A stretch of 64,000 nt of DNA from Amphiscolops sp. MND2022. Lineage: Eukaryota. The position numbers and the translations under genes were made by a program. The notes beneath the pieces are model-generated. The model was not told the DNA's origin, did no database searches, and saw only the letters and a list, made by a program, of their open reading frames with translations. The stretch is taken from contig OZ076419.1 of assembly GCA_964187785.1 (NCBI GenBank), forward strand, positions 36,394,001 through 36,458,000. The letters run 5' to 3'. Below are positions 1 to 13,400 of this stretch, one piece after another. The stretch's first letter is position 1; each line of letters starts with the position of its first letter.

Positions 1-97
1 GAAAACGTAGACTCTGAATTGAACTCGGGACTCCCCTTTCGTAGCTGCAGATTGCGCTAAGCACAATGTCGCAGGCTGCCACTTGCGACGGGATTTA

Positions 98-907
98 CTA
101 CCAAATAATTCCTGATAACGACGAGTTAGTGCCTCCCTCTACCATAGTAGAGTTGATCGGACCCAAGGTCAGCCCGACTATGGCAAATTCCTTTCTGAAT
201 AATTGGAGAACATCTTGTAGTGTGGTTGTAGAGCTGATTCTGATTGTTTGCCAAAAGTCGATGGCTTCGTCACGGAGTAGGCTTTGGAAGAAGTGGATTT
301 TATCTTTTTCCGTGATTTTGTTGACAATTAGTCGGAAGTGTTTAAGTAACAGATGTTCGAATGCATTGTACTTGTCTTTGGTTCCACGGAAATTTGGAAC
401 ATGTGTTTGGAGTAATTTCGTGTTTCTTTTTTGTAATTTCCTGGGTAGATCTTTGATGGCGTTAAGTAGTGCAGATTCCGTGGTGTTGCTGGGTGCGTCT
501 TCGTAGTCTTCGTCATACTCGTCATCGTGGAACTGCTTTCGATTTTTGCTGTGAGTCCTGTTGACTCCTGTAACCATGTTGGAGGTCCCTACGGCGTAAG
601 ACGACGTCGTGGTGGAACCACCATTTTGTTTATCACGTTCTTCGTTCTGGTTTATGATCTTCTCCATCATAGCTTTTAACGTTGACGTTTCATCATGTAG
701 GCGATTATACCTTTCTTCATTTGCCATTTGGGCAGAATTTTCGTTAGTTGGCGAGTTTCTACCGGATCGATTTGTTTCATCTGCGGAAATACTAGAATAT
801 TCCATATTTATATTAGAACTGCAATTTGTATTTTCAATGGAGGAATGAGGTAGTGGACTGGTTAATACTTTGCCGTTTCTAAGTACTTTAGCGGACTCAA
901 TACTCAT
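98..907 (-). CDS. gag: Ty3/Gypsy Gag, N-terminal part; homology appears to stop near position 182 (truncated element)
   Basis: 269-aa ORF with a retrotransposon Gag capsid-like segment (VPNFRGTKDKYNAFEH...ITEKDKIHFFQSLLRDEAIDFWQ...FRKEFA), clearly paralogous to the Gag at 47230 (MPTFDGKTDKFEHFED...ITEEEKIHYFHSLLRGEALQTF). The sequence after FRKEFA no longer resembles Gag. Confidence 0.8.
   Translation of the reverse strand: MSIESAKVLRNGKVLTSPLPHSSIENTNCSSNINMEYSSISADETNRSGRNSPTNENSAQMANEERYNRLHDETSTLKAMMEKIINQNEERDKQNGGSTTTSSYAVGTSNMVTGVNRTHSKNRKQFHDDEYDEDYEDAPSNTTESALLNAIKDLPRKLQKRNTKLLQTHVPNFRGTKDKYNAFEHLLLKHFRLIVNKITEKDKIHFFQSLLRDEAIDFWQTIRISSTTTLQDVLQLFRKEFAIVGLTLGPINSTMVEGGTNSSLSGIIW
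564..576 (-). promoter_or_regulatory. Primer-binding site TGGTTACAGGAGT, probably tRNA-Leu type
   Basis: Directly follows ...CCAACA on the minus strand and has the same geometry as the PBS at 47573, whose LTR end is fixed by a second LTR copy. The tRNA identity is inferred from similarity to the TGGTGTCAGAAGT-type Leu PBS. Confidence 0.65.
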
Positions 908-2269
908 GTGCGAGGAGGAGTAGGAATGTTAGATAAGAGTAGAATTGTGAGAGATGTAGTTAAGGTTTAGCGATTGAATACGTTTGAAGGCAGGTAATTT
1001 AAGTACTTGTACAGTGTAGTTCAGCGGAGAGTATGGGTTGTCAGGTAGCCCTCTCACTAGTTCGATGGTAAGACTCAATTCTTACCATCGCTTCATCCTC
1101 ATTGGACGTTAGGTAAGGTGCTAATAAGCACTTGGTCATGTGACCGGTTATTCTGCATGTCGCAAGAGGGCTACCAATCAGAAAATGCGCACTAAACCAA
1201 TTCGAACTACTTATCATGAATTTATAATGAACTAATGGCAGCAGGCGCTCTCTGAGTCATGATAGTTGCTGCAAGCGCACTAAATTAATGTCTAAAATGG
1301 ACAGAATTCAAGTTCTGAAATATGGGGATGCGTAAATGATAGTTTGTTAGCACTGAATTGATTAGAAGGCAAAATATAACAAGTTCTGTCGTTTATCCAT
1401 TGTTTTCCATTAGTTGATCACGTTAGTATGGTAGTAGATGAAATATAGAAGCAAATGGTCTAGTCGGTGGTCTGTATGATCAACTAGATGTGAAAACGAT
1501 GAACCATGTGAGCAGGCGAGAGTAATTCAATTAATTGGAGAGGTTTCATCAGTCCATCATTGTTAGCAATTTACATCCTCTGTGATGTCTAAACAATGAA
1601 AGATTTTCATCGTTTCTTCATCGTCTGTACGTTTGCATTGAACAGGCAAATTATCAGCGATGTACAAATGATGGAACATTTTCATCGGTTTTACATCGTC
1701 AAGGAGTTAGCGCCAATTGAACCATTTACAAGTTCCATCGGTTTCACATCGCCATTCTAAATTCCCTTTTCTGGCTGTGCTATGTGGCCAGACGATGTAA
1801 TATAGATGAAACTTGTTTACTTTGCACTGAAATAAGAGATTCAGCACAAATTTTTTCGTTTTATCATCTTCAATCGATTATTGAATGAGATTAGACTTGT
1901 CACGTTAGTTTGCTCTGAGGCAGGAGCTTCCTAACAGTGTTAGTTCTATCTTCTCCACTTACTGGTCCAGTTTGACCGAGAAAACTACTTTCCTTTCCCG
2001 TGAGAAGCCATTAAATATGAAATAGCATCATTTGCTTATTAGCACGATCATTGATTGCGGACAAACGGAACTAGAATGCTCAGTAATTATTAAATAAAAT
2101 AGCTCAAATCTCAATGGGGGAATGGGGGAACAAGTACAAGTAACGTAGGGTTGCTCACAATCATAGATCTTATTATATGACATCATATTGCCCATATCTA
2201 AGTACATAAGACATATTATTTACGTTACAGATATTTAGTAGATTATATTTCCATCATGCTGGCATGACA
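577..2269 (-). mobile_element. 5' LTR (~1.7 kb) of a minus-strand Gypsy element
   Basis: The inner end is defined by ACA followed by the PBS. The outer end is inferred from TGTCATG at 2269, giving TGT...ACA termini. There is no second copy in the window to confirm it. Confidence 0.55.
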
Positions 2270-2639
2270 GGCGGTGAGTAATACTCAGGATGGTATGCCG
2301 CTTATCAACAGAGAACGACTACGAACGAAGTTTTCCTGGATTCTCAAACCTTCACTAGAAATTCTTCAGATTCTTTGCCTCAAAGTTGCAAACTTTGCAA
2401 ATTTTGTTGAAAAGGAACCAACACTTCGTCCGGATCGAGAAGCCTCAAGAAGTATTTGATCCTGATAAACAAGCGTTAGCTAATGCTACAGTTTTCACGG
2501 CGCCAATTGAAAGATATTTCGTGTAGTCGTCCTAACTGGACACAGATGGAAATGCAGTTGCAATCGTTGGAATACTGCTACAGAAGCAAGAGCCCATTGA
2601 TAACAATTTTACGACAGATCGTTAACAGCAGCTACTCAT

Positions 2640-4250
2640 TAACATGAACTCGACTCCACTATGGCACAACGATGTTGGAATAGTATGCCGGGTTCTATTG
2701 CATCAAAAATTATCCCTCATGGTGGCTTTAGCTAAACACTTGCATCAGGAGCAAGGCCATAATGGAAACGAAATTGCAACCCATTGTTTACAACATCAAA
2801 ATACTAATACGACCTCAATCAATCTACTGTGCACCGAAATTGGAAAGTTGTACCATTTTTCGTTTACTTGACAATTCAATTCATACCTTACAGATACGAA
2901 ACTCGCGCTTCACGTGGACAATTAATACTTTTCATGGCTGAAAACATACTCAGTGAACATAGCCATGATTGGTCACATGATAGTGCGACACAACGATTAT
3001 CCACCTACAACAGTCGAAGACCGCCAAATTGACATTGTTACTTTGGAAGGCGGATGGTATGAGCAAAAAGACAAAAGATTAGGTCCGTCGTGAATAAATC
3101 GTATCGACAGCTTGATCACTTGATGCCCCACAATTCAGAAAGCGGAGAACTGCAAGAAATTATTGATCGCTCAATCAATTTTGCTGAAGCAAATTCGTGC
3201 GCCTGTGACAAATTTGATGCACAGATAACAGCTAAAAGTCGTACAAACGAATGGTTTGCAAGAAAGAGCTCTCCAGTTAGATTAATCTAACATTGCAATT
3301 GGATAACGCACCAATCTGCACGGTCGAAATTGTATGATAACTTATAAAATTTTCACAAGTAGCAAGAGTGACAGAAACCACGTCTGACTCTGGAATGACA
3401 GAACAGGGCATCGCTATCATTGCTGCGAGTCTATCTTCCCAACCGGATGCAAGATACAGACGACTAGCACAATCATAGAGTTCTGGAGGCATATGAATTT
3501 ATTACACAATCAACGAATAGCTTCTCGCCCTATATGATATAATGGAGCAGAAAACTGCATACCACTTTCTTTTGTTCGTCCTCAGTTCGCAGCAAAAGGA
3601 TTTGAAACGAGAGACACCTGCTAAAAACACAGATGCTAAACACCTCCTGGCTAAACACCAAGAGATTCACGAATTTGTCCGCAGGAACACACGTCAAGCG
3701 CAAAAGAGGCAAAAACTGGTGTTCGACAGACTGTCATCTGAAAGCAGAAGCTCACACTGAGGGTGGCTAAGTGAGGGGTTTTCTGCCACACAACACTAAA
3801 GGGTGACACCTGTTATCTCATTCGCAATTTGCGTGAATCTCAAATAATGACAGATGTTCCGAAAATCGAAAAGACGTTTTGGACACTGGCCCGGAAGGTC
3901 GCTTTACACGCGTAAAAACATTTTCCAGACCTTGGATCAGGATAATACAACCACCGTTTGGGTTGCACCGGAACATGGCTGTTATTACAGACCCATTTCT
4001 TATTAAAAAAAAGTCCTCTCACGGAAATTAACTCAGAACTCGAAAAAATGTATTCCTTGCAGCAATCGAGGTAAACGTCTGCTTGAACTATACATCTCTA
4101 AAGCTAAATACCACTCCTAAACAATACAAGCCAAGATCTGACTCGAGCCGAAGCAACCGACGGCAAACAGACAAAACATCCGGAGGACAAAAGCAACGCA
4201 GCATCAGAAATAGACCAAAATGACACATCAATTGGAAAAAAGATCGAACT
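2640..4250 (+). pseudogene. Highly degraded Gypsy integrase remnant
   Basis: Fragments such as LAKHLHQEQGHNG (HHCC-like) and HLLAKHQEIHEFVRRNTRQAQKRQKLVFDR (typical post-core helix) lie in short, broken ORFs. Confidence 0.5.
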
Positions 4251-5421
4251 GAACACACGGTCTTAACAATTGAACAAATTAACTCTCTTGTTTAGCTGTT
4301 TCAATGCTTTGAGTTTCGTGTTGGTTTTGGTGCTACTCAATGTGCAGTTTTTTTGCCATACCAAACGACGCTTGTTTCCGAACAAAGCACCGTTGATTCA
4401 ATGTCATAGCTTTTTTGCAGCCTTCAAATGCTCTCGTTCGTTTCATAAATTTTTATCTACCAGGCAACCCTCAGTTTGGAGCCAAGCCAGTTGTGCAATT
4501 TAAAGAATTTCGTTGCAACTTGATGTGAACTTTTTCACAAAGTGTGAAATTTGAAATAATTAGCAAAAGGATGCTGATTGTGAAGTTTCTCAAGTGCTCC
4601 TTCCGAGCTATAAAGTTTATTTAGTGTGGTGAATGAGTCTTTCGAGCAGAGCTTTTTCAAATGCTAAGGTGACAAAACGGCAACCCTGGATGATGACAAC
4701 CAAGACATGAGAAGCTGCTGTCGTTTGTGTAGAAGCTATGTAATGTTCAACAGTCTGGTGACAAAACAACATCAGAAATTCAAAAAAAAACTATCGCAGA
4801 GAAATTTCCTATTTGGAAGGAATTCTCAGATATCCTCGATATACGTTTTTATGTGCTTGTGGACATGTTTGGACTTGGGGTAGTCCAGCATGTCACCACC
4901 GAGTTCTAAAGTGAGGAGTCTTTTCGGCGTAATAAAAGTGTCCTAGGAGAACCATTCTTCGAGTGAAAACTGGTGCTTAGGCTTGCTTAAAGCCTATGAT
5001 CTCCTGTGCTTGCAACCTAAGTTTAATCCCAGCTCTGGTATGTGCTCCTTTTGCTGGTCGTTAAATATATAAATTCTTTAATAACCTCTTTTTTTATTTT
5101 GCCAACTCTGGGAATTGAACTGTTGTGTTCTTAAGCAGTACACATAAACAAATTCCGGGTTCACGAAATTATTTGCCTTTTAGGGTGTTTGTTCACGCCG
5201 TGATGTAACCTATGCGCTTCAAAAATTTCAGATTTTGCCGGCGAAAAGTTAGTGGATGTTTCATCTTCAAGATCCTTTATACTACTCTGACAACAGAGAA
5301 GTCATGTAGCGAAATCCTTGCAAATATCGGAAGAAATAGTGTTGCTTCAGGAAAATCTTCAGCATTGATGATTCTCTAAGAAATTCGCAATTTTAGCAAT
5401 CGTTCATTTTTGGTGTTTCAG

Positions 5422-6723
5422 AGAGCACCGAAACCCCGACAGTTTTTGAGCGCCTGGCCAAAAGTTATCGGTAAGTGTACCCTTGTTACCCAATATTTTT
5501 GAAAAAATGTTTGCAAATTGAGCTCATGAAAATACAGGCGCTTTTTGTTTCACAGGTGGGAGAAAAGTATTGGGGATCAAATACCCATTTTTTGCCCGAG
5601 TCATTACCCATACTGACGACAAAAAAAGGTTATATCAAAACACCTTTGATCCGAAATCCTTCGTTGAATATTTTTTGGGAAGACGTAAGCAAATGTTACA
5701 GTTCAAAACATAGGAACAAAATTTTGAAAGATAGAGAATGATTGATTTCAAAACGAAGTAGTTTTGTTTGCTCCGCTGCACTGATTGAATCTCTTGAATT
5801 TTTACATTCAACATTGAAGCATACAGCCTTACAGAAATAAAGCATTTAAAATCATAGAAAATGTAGGTATTTGAAGGCATTGGAAAATAGTGTATCGTGA
5901 AGTTACGATATACTTCTCTGAACATAATGGCAATTAGCTATTTTAGGGGTTGTAAAATTGGGGTCAAAAGTTCTGTTCAAGAAACTACCAAGGACGGTTT
6001 GGAAGAAGAAAGCTTCTTTACCTGTCTTTCTTTCACTCTGTATTAGTATCTTATTCAGAATTTCAGTCGGACCAGTATGGGTGACCTTTAAGATGATTAA
6101 TTGCAGGTTTGTCAATTCCCATTCTGCACTACTTCGAAGTATTGATCAATTTGCTATTTAGTTTCTATCAAACTATGTTTTCAGATTTTGTGCCGGAACT
6201 ATCATCAGTAACATCGAAGTGCTGACAGCTGCCCATTGTCTCAATTACCTCCCAGATTTTATCGATGCTAAACAAATAGATGTTCGAACAGGTAGGCTAT
6301 CTAAAAGCTGATTGATATATCAAGCGTATTGAACCCACCTGATTTGAAGGTACTACTCCGTCGGAAAAATTCTCGTAAAATTCTAGGTTGTACAACATGG
6401 CTAATTTCATTGACCATCCCCGATTCTGCCACGACCTTACTTGGTAATACACTATGGTAACAAAACTGAGGGCAGCTAAAACTTCACGTGTTTTGATATA
6501 TACTCACTCAGTTGAACGAAAATTGCATTACTCTTTTATTACAGAACATATTTATACAATAATATATCTGGCAAACTGGGACTCCATACTCTGATCAAAA
6601 ACAATGTTTACAAATATAATCGCCAAAAATGAAAAATAGGCGCTAAGGTGGTTAGAGCAAGGCTTGTGAAGAACCCCCGTTTGCCACCAAATAACTTTAG
6701 GACATAAATTATCAGCATTGCAG
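5422..6723 (+). pseudogene. Trypsin-like (S1) serine protease gene, multi-exon, with premature stops
   Basis: GT-AG exons 5422-5470, 5556-5628, 6185-6291 and 6350-6443 join in phase to give ...WPK-VIGGRKVLGIKYPFFARVITHTDDKKRFCAGTIISNIEVLTAAHCL...VRTGTTPSEKFS*NSRLYNMANFIDHPRF. This contains the activation site, the CxG motif, the TAAHC catalytic-His motif and the HP motif. There is an in-frame TAA at 6376-6378. A later RLPP...IAG|gt fragment ends near 6723. No GDSGGP exon was recognised. Confidence 0.8.
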
Positions 6724-7439
6724 GTAGTCTCGAAGATAGACATCAGAAAAATTGATTGGAAAAACTCGTGTTTGGTCAATGAATAATTTTTGTCGAAAAA
6801 TGCACCGAGTAGCTTCTTCAGCGAGATGAAAGTAGTTCAACGCGAAGAAGTGAAAATATAGCCTCAACCTATCAACTCCTGCTGTGGTTCATCTTTCCCG
6901 CACTGGAACAGAGGCAAAAATAGGCATTTTCTAGTGTACAAAAACTTACTTCATCGGGAATAGCCTCGAAGATATCGGCCACAGCAAATGAAACGTGTGG
7001 CTGTCAAGGAGTTAAAAAATTTGGTCCATGTCACACAGAAAAAAAGTGATATTCGATTCTGAATATCAAATGGCAATAGTCTTCTTAGTTTTGCTCGGCG
7101 CAGAACAAATAATGTCTTCCTATGACCGATGTGTCTTCAATTCACTGTCTTTGTAGTGTTGAGTTCTTTTGTATGATCTTTGTATGACGGTCTTTGAAAA
7201 TTTCTAATCTTTTTATGACTTGAATATTTCCGTATTTCATCAGTGTATGACTTCTATGTTTCCTTATATGATTAAGGCATGAGTTCCATGTTGAGATAGG
7301 AGATCACCCAAATTTTAGCCTTGCCTATCGGAAACGGTACACATCGAAGTATTACACAAACGCAATCTTTATAGACGTGTCTACAAAATCATCCAACGAC
7401 TTTTGACCTTTCACACCACAAGCGACAATAAGATGGTCT

Positions 7440-10400
7440 TGATGTTGCGACAAGCGGAGGCTGTCCACATAGCGACACCTTTAACCGTCACATGTGGAAA
7501 GGTGTAAGCACAGACCAGCCACTTTCGATCCATCCGGACGAACGATAATGTCAATTCGCCTGCTGCTGACAACAGAACGCGAACAACGCCCTGACCTGAC
7601 TATTGATGCATTAATCGACGAAATTGATGATAACCCAAAATATCGACAATTGACGCTTCCCCAACCTGAGGACCTGAGGAATGGCAAGTAAAAGGTGTCA
7701 CGTCAACCTACCATGCGTATTCCCCAGTCCCAGTGAAAGTGAACATAGACGGGGTAGAAATGCGTTTTGAGCCTACCATTATTACCGATGCCTTTCGCCC
7801 TGGAATATGTCTTGGTCAACATGAATTGAGATGCTACAACATTGACCAGCAGAAACAAACAGGAGAAGCGAGAATCGATGATCGTTAGTCGCTCGTAGTC
7901 TCTTTTACTATCCCTGATACAGCACCTATACCGTTATGAGGGCTAATCAATACTGGCTCGGGTGTATCCATATTGACATCTCCGCCTACAACAAATTAGC
8001 TGTGCACACTGGTACTCTAATGCGACCATATGGTGTCGACCAGTACGCTGCCAACGGGAAAATCATCAGGACGTTTCGCCTTGCCGAACATGTGAAGTTC
8101 CAACTACGTGGCTTTGAACTCGAAACCAATGTAGTTGTTGACGATTCTATGGCTGTTGAGGATTTTCTGTTGAGACGAAATTTTCTGCGAACCTATCACG
8201 TCCTTGTTGACTTGACAGCAATGAAGGTGATCACTCACGCCCCCTCCCGACCAGTATGGTATCATGCGCATACACATTTAAGTAACGAATCACTTTTTGT
8301 TCTGTTGCACCAGCAAAAGACACCGTTTTACAATCGTTCGAGCGCGATTTTTCGCGTGCAAACCTTCTAGTCGACAATTTAGATTCTTACATATTCCGGA
8401 ATGTTCTAATTAGTTTTTTAACGTCAACTCGTGTTCTAAAACAAGCAATGGTTTTAAAAGACACCGTGGCCACAGTGTGAGAGACGGGTTTCCTTTACGT
8501 AAAGTTGGGCAACTTGACAAGCAACGTTCAACGAATCAAAGAGGGTTCGTTGACCCTTTTGGGGACGGCGGCATCCGTGAATCTAGTCCACAAGGCATCC
8601 CTCCCAAGCAACAACCTGAAAATTAATCTGCTGCAAAGTTTGTTATAAAGTTGATGAAGAAATGAACATAAAGAATATTTCTGAGTCAGTTCTTCGTCTG
8701 AATTTGAGTTATTGTCCTCCGCCGATCCGTCCGAACCCAACATGTCGGAACGCGATGTCAAAAAACGTACCGATCCGGCACTATTGGCCTCGATTCCCGG
8801 CCCCGAAGCGCAAATCGACGAAGTCCAAAACCTTTGGGGTTCGACCGCACGCGATACGCTTGAAAAATTTCATACCGAAGACGATGATTTTTTCATGAAA
8901 AATAAAGCTGACATCAGTAAGTGTAAAAGTGCAAAACAACCGGTGGAAGTAGAGCCAGGGGCTGTACCCCATCGCAAAGGTGCACGTAGAAAGTCCCCAG
9001 AGAAAGCAGAACGTGCTAACCAAAAAGTATGTGATCTCTTTGCACTTGGTTTGATCCAGCCTTCACTATCTCCATGGGCAAGTGGTATCGTCATGGTCAA
9101 GAAGAAAACTGTTGAGCTACCTTTCTGTTGTGACTTTCGCTCCTTGAATGAAGTCACAATCAAGGATGTATACCAACTACCTCGTATTGATGAAGGTCCT
9201 TCACGATTGGGCAAAGCGAAAATCGACACCAGCATTGATCTCACATGGGCGTTTTGGCAGATTCCAGTACGAAATGCCGACCTCTCCAGAAACAGAAAAC
9301 TGGCTTTGCATGCGAACTTGGACTGTTCGATTGGCGCCGCATGCCCTTTGGGATGTGCAATGTTCAGCAAATTTTCAACGTGCAATAGCGCGAGCGCTAC
9401 AAAAAATTGTCAATCTTGAAGGAAGCATGGTCATGGCTTACATCGATGATATAGTTATTGCTACGTAGACAATTGAAAACCATATGGAGCGACTACCCGG
9501 AGATATTTCAATGTCTACGTGACACGGGCCTCAAAATGCGCGTCTCCAAATGTGACTTCATGAAATCGGAAATCAAATATCTCGGCTGAATAGTGTCAGC
9601 GGAAGGCATCGAACCGGACCCCAAAGCTGTATCCAAACTCCGCCACTGGGACATCCCTCGCACCAAAACCGGTTTACAAAGTTTCCTGGGGTTTTCAAAT
9701 TACTAGCGTGATTTTGTTCCCGTTCACAAAATTGGTTGCCCTGCTACATGCGATCACCGGCACTGACACTCTTTTTTTGTGGAAGAGCAACAACTAGCTT
9801 TCAATGGAATCAAAGTGGCCATGATTGAAGCCACAGCCTTGGCACAACCTGACTCTGAAGGTGAATTTGTTCTCTCTTCAGATGCCAGCGGCGGGGCGAT
9901 ATCAGAAATTCTTCACCAGTGGCAAAGACTACCTGATAACAGAAAGCTGCGATCGATAGTTTTTGGCAGTAAAAAGTTAACACCAACCCAGGCCAAATAC
10001 GGGGCTCTGAAACTGGAAATGTATGCTGCGTACTACTCCATTCTGAAGAACCACAGCTACCTGTGCCCCTGAAATTCCACATTGAGACTGGACAATCAGG
10101 CCCTGGTCTGAGTGAAAACTTAATCAACAGATCAAGCCATCATTGGACGATGGATCATGGGCTTAGAAAAATATCACTCTGCTATCAATCATCGTCAAAG
10201 AACACAGCATCGAAATGCAGATGGACTTAGTGAACGAACGAAAGAGAAAAGCACTACAAAAAACATGAGCAACATCTGGGAGAAAAACCTCGAATTGCAA
10301 ATAAGTGGAACGTTCTGTCTCAAGAAGAATATGAGATACTTGCCCTCGTACCTTGGTACACTATTCGAGGACGAGTCATCCCAAAAAACCCAGAACTGCC

Positions 10401-13400
10401 TATTCTCTGCCGTGAGAAAGCGCTGAAACCTCTACTGCCTGCACTGCCACCAATTGATGAATCATCGCTCATGGAAGGTTATCCTGAATACCCAGAATAT
10501 TGAATCGAATTGACCGAGGAATGTAGAGTAGACGATCTTTTGCCAACCTACGTTGCCATGGTTCCATCCTGAACCACGTACTCTTTAATGGGCATGAAAA
10601 AGCAGGCACTCAGCGCTGCCTCCAAATACGTACGAGAAATAACTTTGGCCATCGATGAGTTGAACCTGGAACTTCATGAACACACCAACACAGTAAACGG
10701 TCTAAAAGATCTGCTATTGGCGCAAAATCGGGAAGTGGATATCTTAGCGATCAAAAAACTCGTGGCAAAGGAATGTATTGACAACGAAATAATCCCAGAA
10801 AACGTGCGCGTTTTCGTGAAAATCTACTACAAGCAAAAAAAGATCTACTGCTCATCAATACCAATGGGGTATTTGTGTCATGTATCCAAATTACCAATGA
10901 ACTTCATACACGCCCATGCATGATTGTAATGCCGCAGTTTATACCAACACGAGATTCTCTACAAAGCTCACGATGCGATGGGCCATTAAGGTATCGCCAA
11001 GGTGTTAGCCAGAATCCAAGAGCGTCAGACGTGGCCTGGTATCCGCAAGACAATCGGGCAGTGTGTGAATCAATGTCTGACCTGCCAACAGCTGAGTGAC
11101 AAGCCTTGCGATGTCAGATGTCATCTGAGAAACATCCGGAGTGAGGATTTTAAAGAAATGGTGTTCTATGATCACCTGAAGATCTGCCCGCCTGACAGCA
11201 GAAAGACGGGAATCTTAGTTATAATGATTAATTCTCAAAATTCGAGGAAGCAGTAATCACGAGATATACGATGCGGGAACAACTTTGAAACTCTTGTTAC
11301 AGGATTTCGTTGTCCAGGATGGTACACCAACGCGGATGCAATCGAAACAATGCTCCTAACCTGACCGTTGAGGTATCTAACGAAATTATGCGGAAATTGC
11401 AAGTTACTAAAATGACTTCGACCGCTGGGCATCTTAGGACCAAGAGACCAGTCGAGCGTCAGAATCACACCACATTGACCCTTCTTACAGTTGTTTGCTG
11501 TCGACGCATGAGAGACTGGGATATACAGTTGGACGAAGTGATGGGTGCATACATTTCAATGCGCTATGCAACCACTGGTTTTTACCATACATGCTGACCA
11601 GGAAACCTATATTCAGAATTCGCCACACAATCATTTGAATCCCACGAAGCTTATGTCAATCACATCATTGCTGGACAACAGGAGATCCATGACCTGGTGC
11701 GTTGCAACGCGCATCAAGCTCATCGACGTCAGAAACCGAAGTATGGCCAAAAGATCCGCGCAAAAACTTACTCAGTAGGCGAACCTGTATGAGTGTTCTG
11801 TCGTTACATTCCTTAAAAAGGAACGTCCAAGCTGATGCGGGCATGACGTGGTCCTCAAAAAATAGCACGGGTGCTACAAGAAGGGCGTGTGTATATCCTT
11901 AACTAAGGACAGAAAGTACATTTTGATCGATTGAAGCCGCATATTGGCGAATCAACCGAATTGGCCATTTTTCCTACGAGTAATGGTGACGTGGCTGTAG
12001 TAATGGACTCAGAGCCAGAACAATCCTCAGAGGAAATACCTGATGGAGTTTCACAGCCATCCGACCGTGAGGAAAAGCCAATTTCAGAAGCGAGTAACAC
12101 CTCCTCGCCACCTAGACCAAGACACTCGATGGATACCAGGCTCCACACGCGAATGCGTGCGCGAGGAACTCGTCGCTACTTTCAACAATTTGGTTGCTCA
12201 ACTGATACGGATGAAGAGTAATCAAATATACTCCTTTCAAGCAAACAAGCAGAAACAAACGAAGAACAGGAACTCGCAGTACCTCCTGAACCCCTTCCAA
12301 TCCCACCATCCGAAGTGCTATGACTCCACACAACGTAGCCGAAACCCTCTTTTCAGAGCATGAACTGGTAGAAGCACCTTCTGATGAACCAGAGACTCAA
12401 CCATTGGTCACTGAAACTGGAACTTCATTATTAGGCACTTCTGACCCACTGCTGGCCAATCCATCTCTAACGGATGTACTCAGCAACTTCCCGATATGGC
12501 CCCAAGTGGATGAATCCATTTCCCACAACTTACAAACCACAGCCTCAGCGGATCCACAGCACGCAGCATCAAGTTCCACGAAAGACCCCGGGCCTGCATC
12601 TCATGGAGCTGATCAACGGAAGAGAAAACCAGGGGACGCCCCGCAGCAAGTAAAGGTGGACCAAGACAAAGTCTTTGTAAGGGCATCCTTGAGACTGTAT
12701 ACGTAACAGACCGTTTCCACTCAACGGACTACACCATCAACATCTGACTCCGATGTCGCAGACCCTAGCCCACACGTGACAACTGATCGAGAATGATCTG
12801 CGCCACCTGTCAGTTTACGCTATTGCCCACGACGCGAAAGGGCCCCGCGTTATCGCTGTGGAACTTGTGAATTACGCGATTGCACATGTAACCAACTGAT
12901 CAAACCGAATGATCCGATAAAACTCGGGAGTCTTAGTGATCAATAGAACTACAAAACCTTCTCTAGTTGATCGATTAGTCATACGCGCCGAAAAGACCTC
13001 TACATGAGTTGAACGTTCTCAATCATTCTCTATAGAACATATCATGGCAAATTTAAATGAATCGGAAGTAGCAAGAGCCCCTTTTCCTAGGTTCAAGGAA
13101 TGAACTCATGGACATCATGGCCTTGAATTCACTCTACCATTTAGGATTCCACATGCGCCCATCAATATTGCACTCGGACCCTTCAATTACGAGAGAGAAC
13201 CAGTTCAAATGGTACGTTGTATCACTCCACGACAAAAATAGAATTGCGGCAGACGTCATACAGCCAGCACAACACCGAGGGCTGTTGATTATCGCTAATC
13301 ACGTTTCTGATTTAGTGCATCCTAACAGCTTGCGTAGCGGTCTTGAAATTCTCCGCACTGTCTCAACACCAGATTTTATCCTTTGCTTCCATATTATCGA

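Noticed and set aside
66-506. 146-aa plus-strand ORF and the many short ORFs opposite gag, pol and the antisense gene
   Set aside because: Shadow frames of real coding sequence on the other strand, with no independent motifs.
4300-4760. Possible DNA-transposase remnant on the minus strand
   Set aside because: Only vague coding-like fragments; no motif I can name with confidence.
4996-5037. Possible first (signal-peptide) exon of the protease, ATGATCTCC...GCTCTG|GTATGT
   Set aside because: The phase fits, but the peptide is a poor signal sequence and nothing else supports it.
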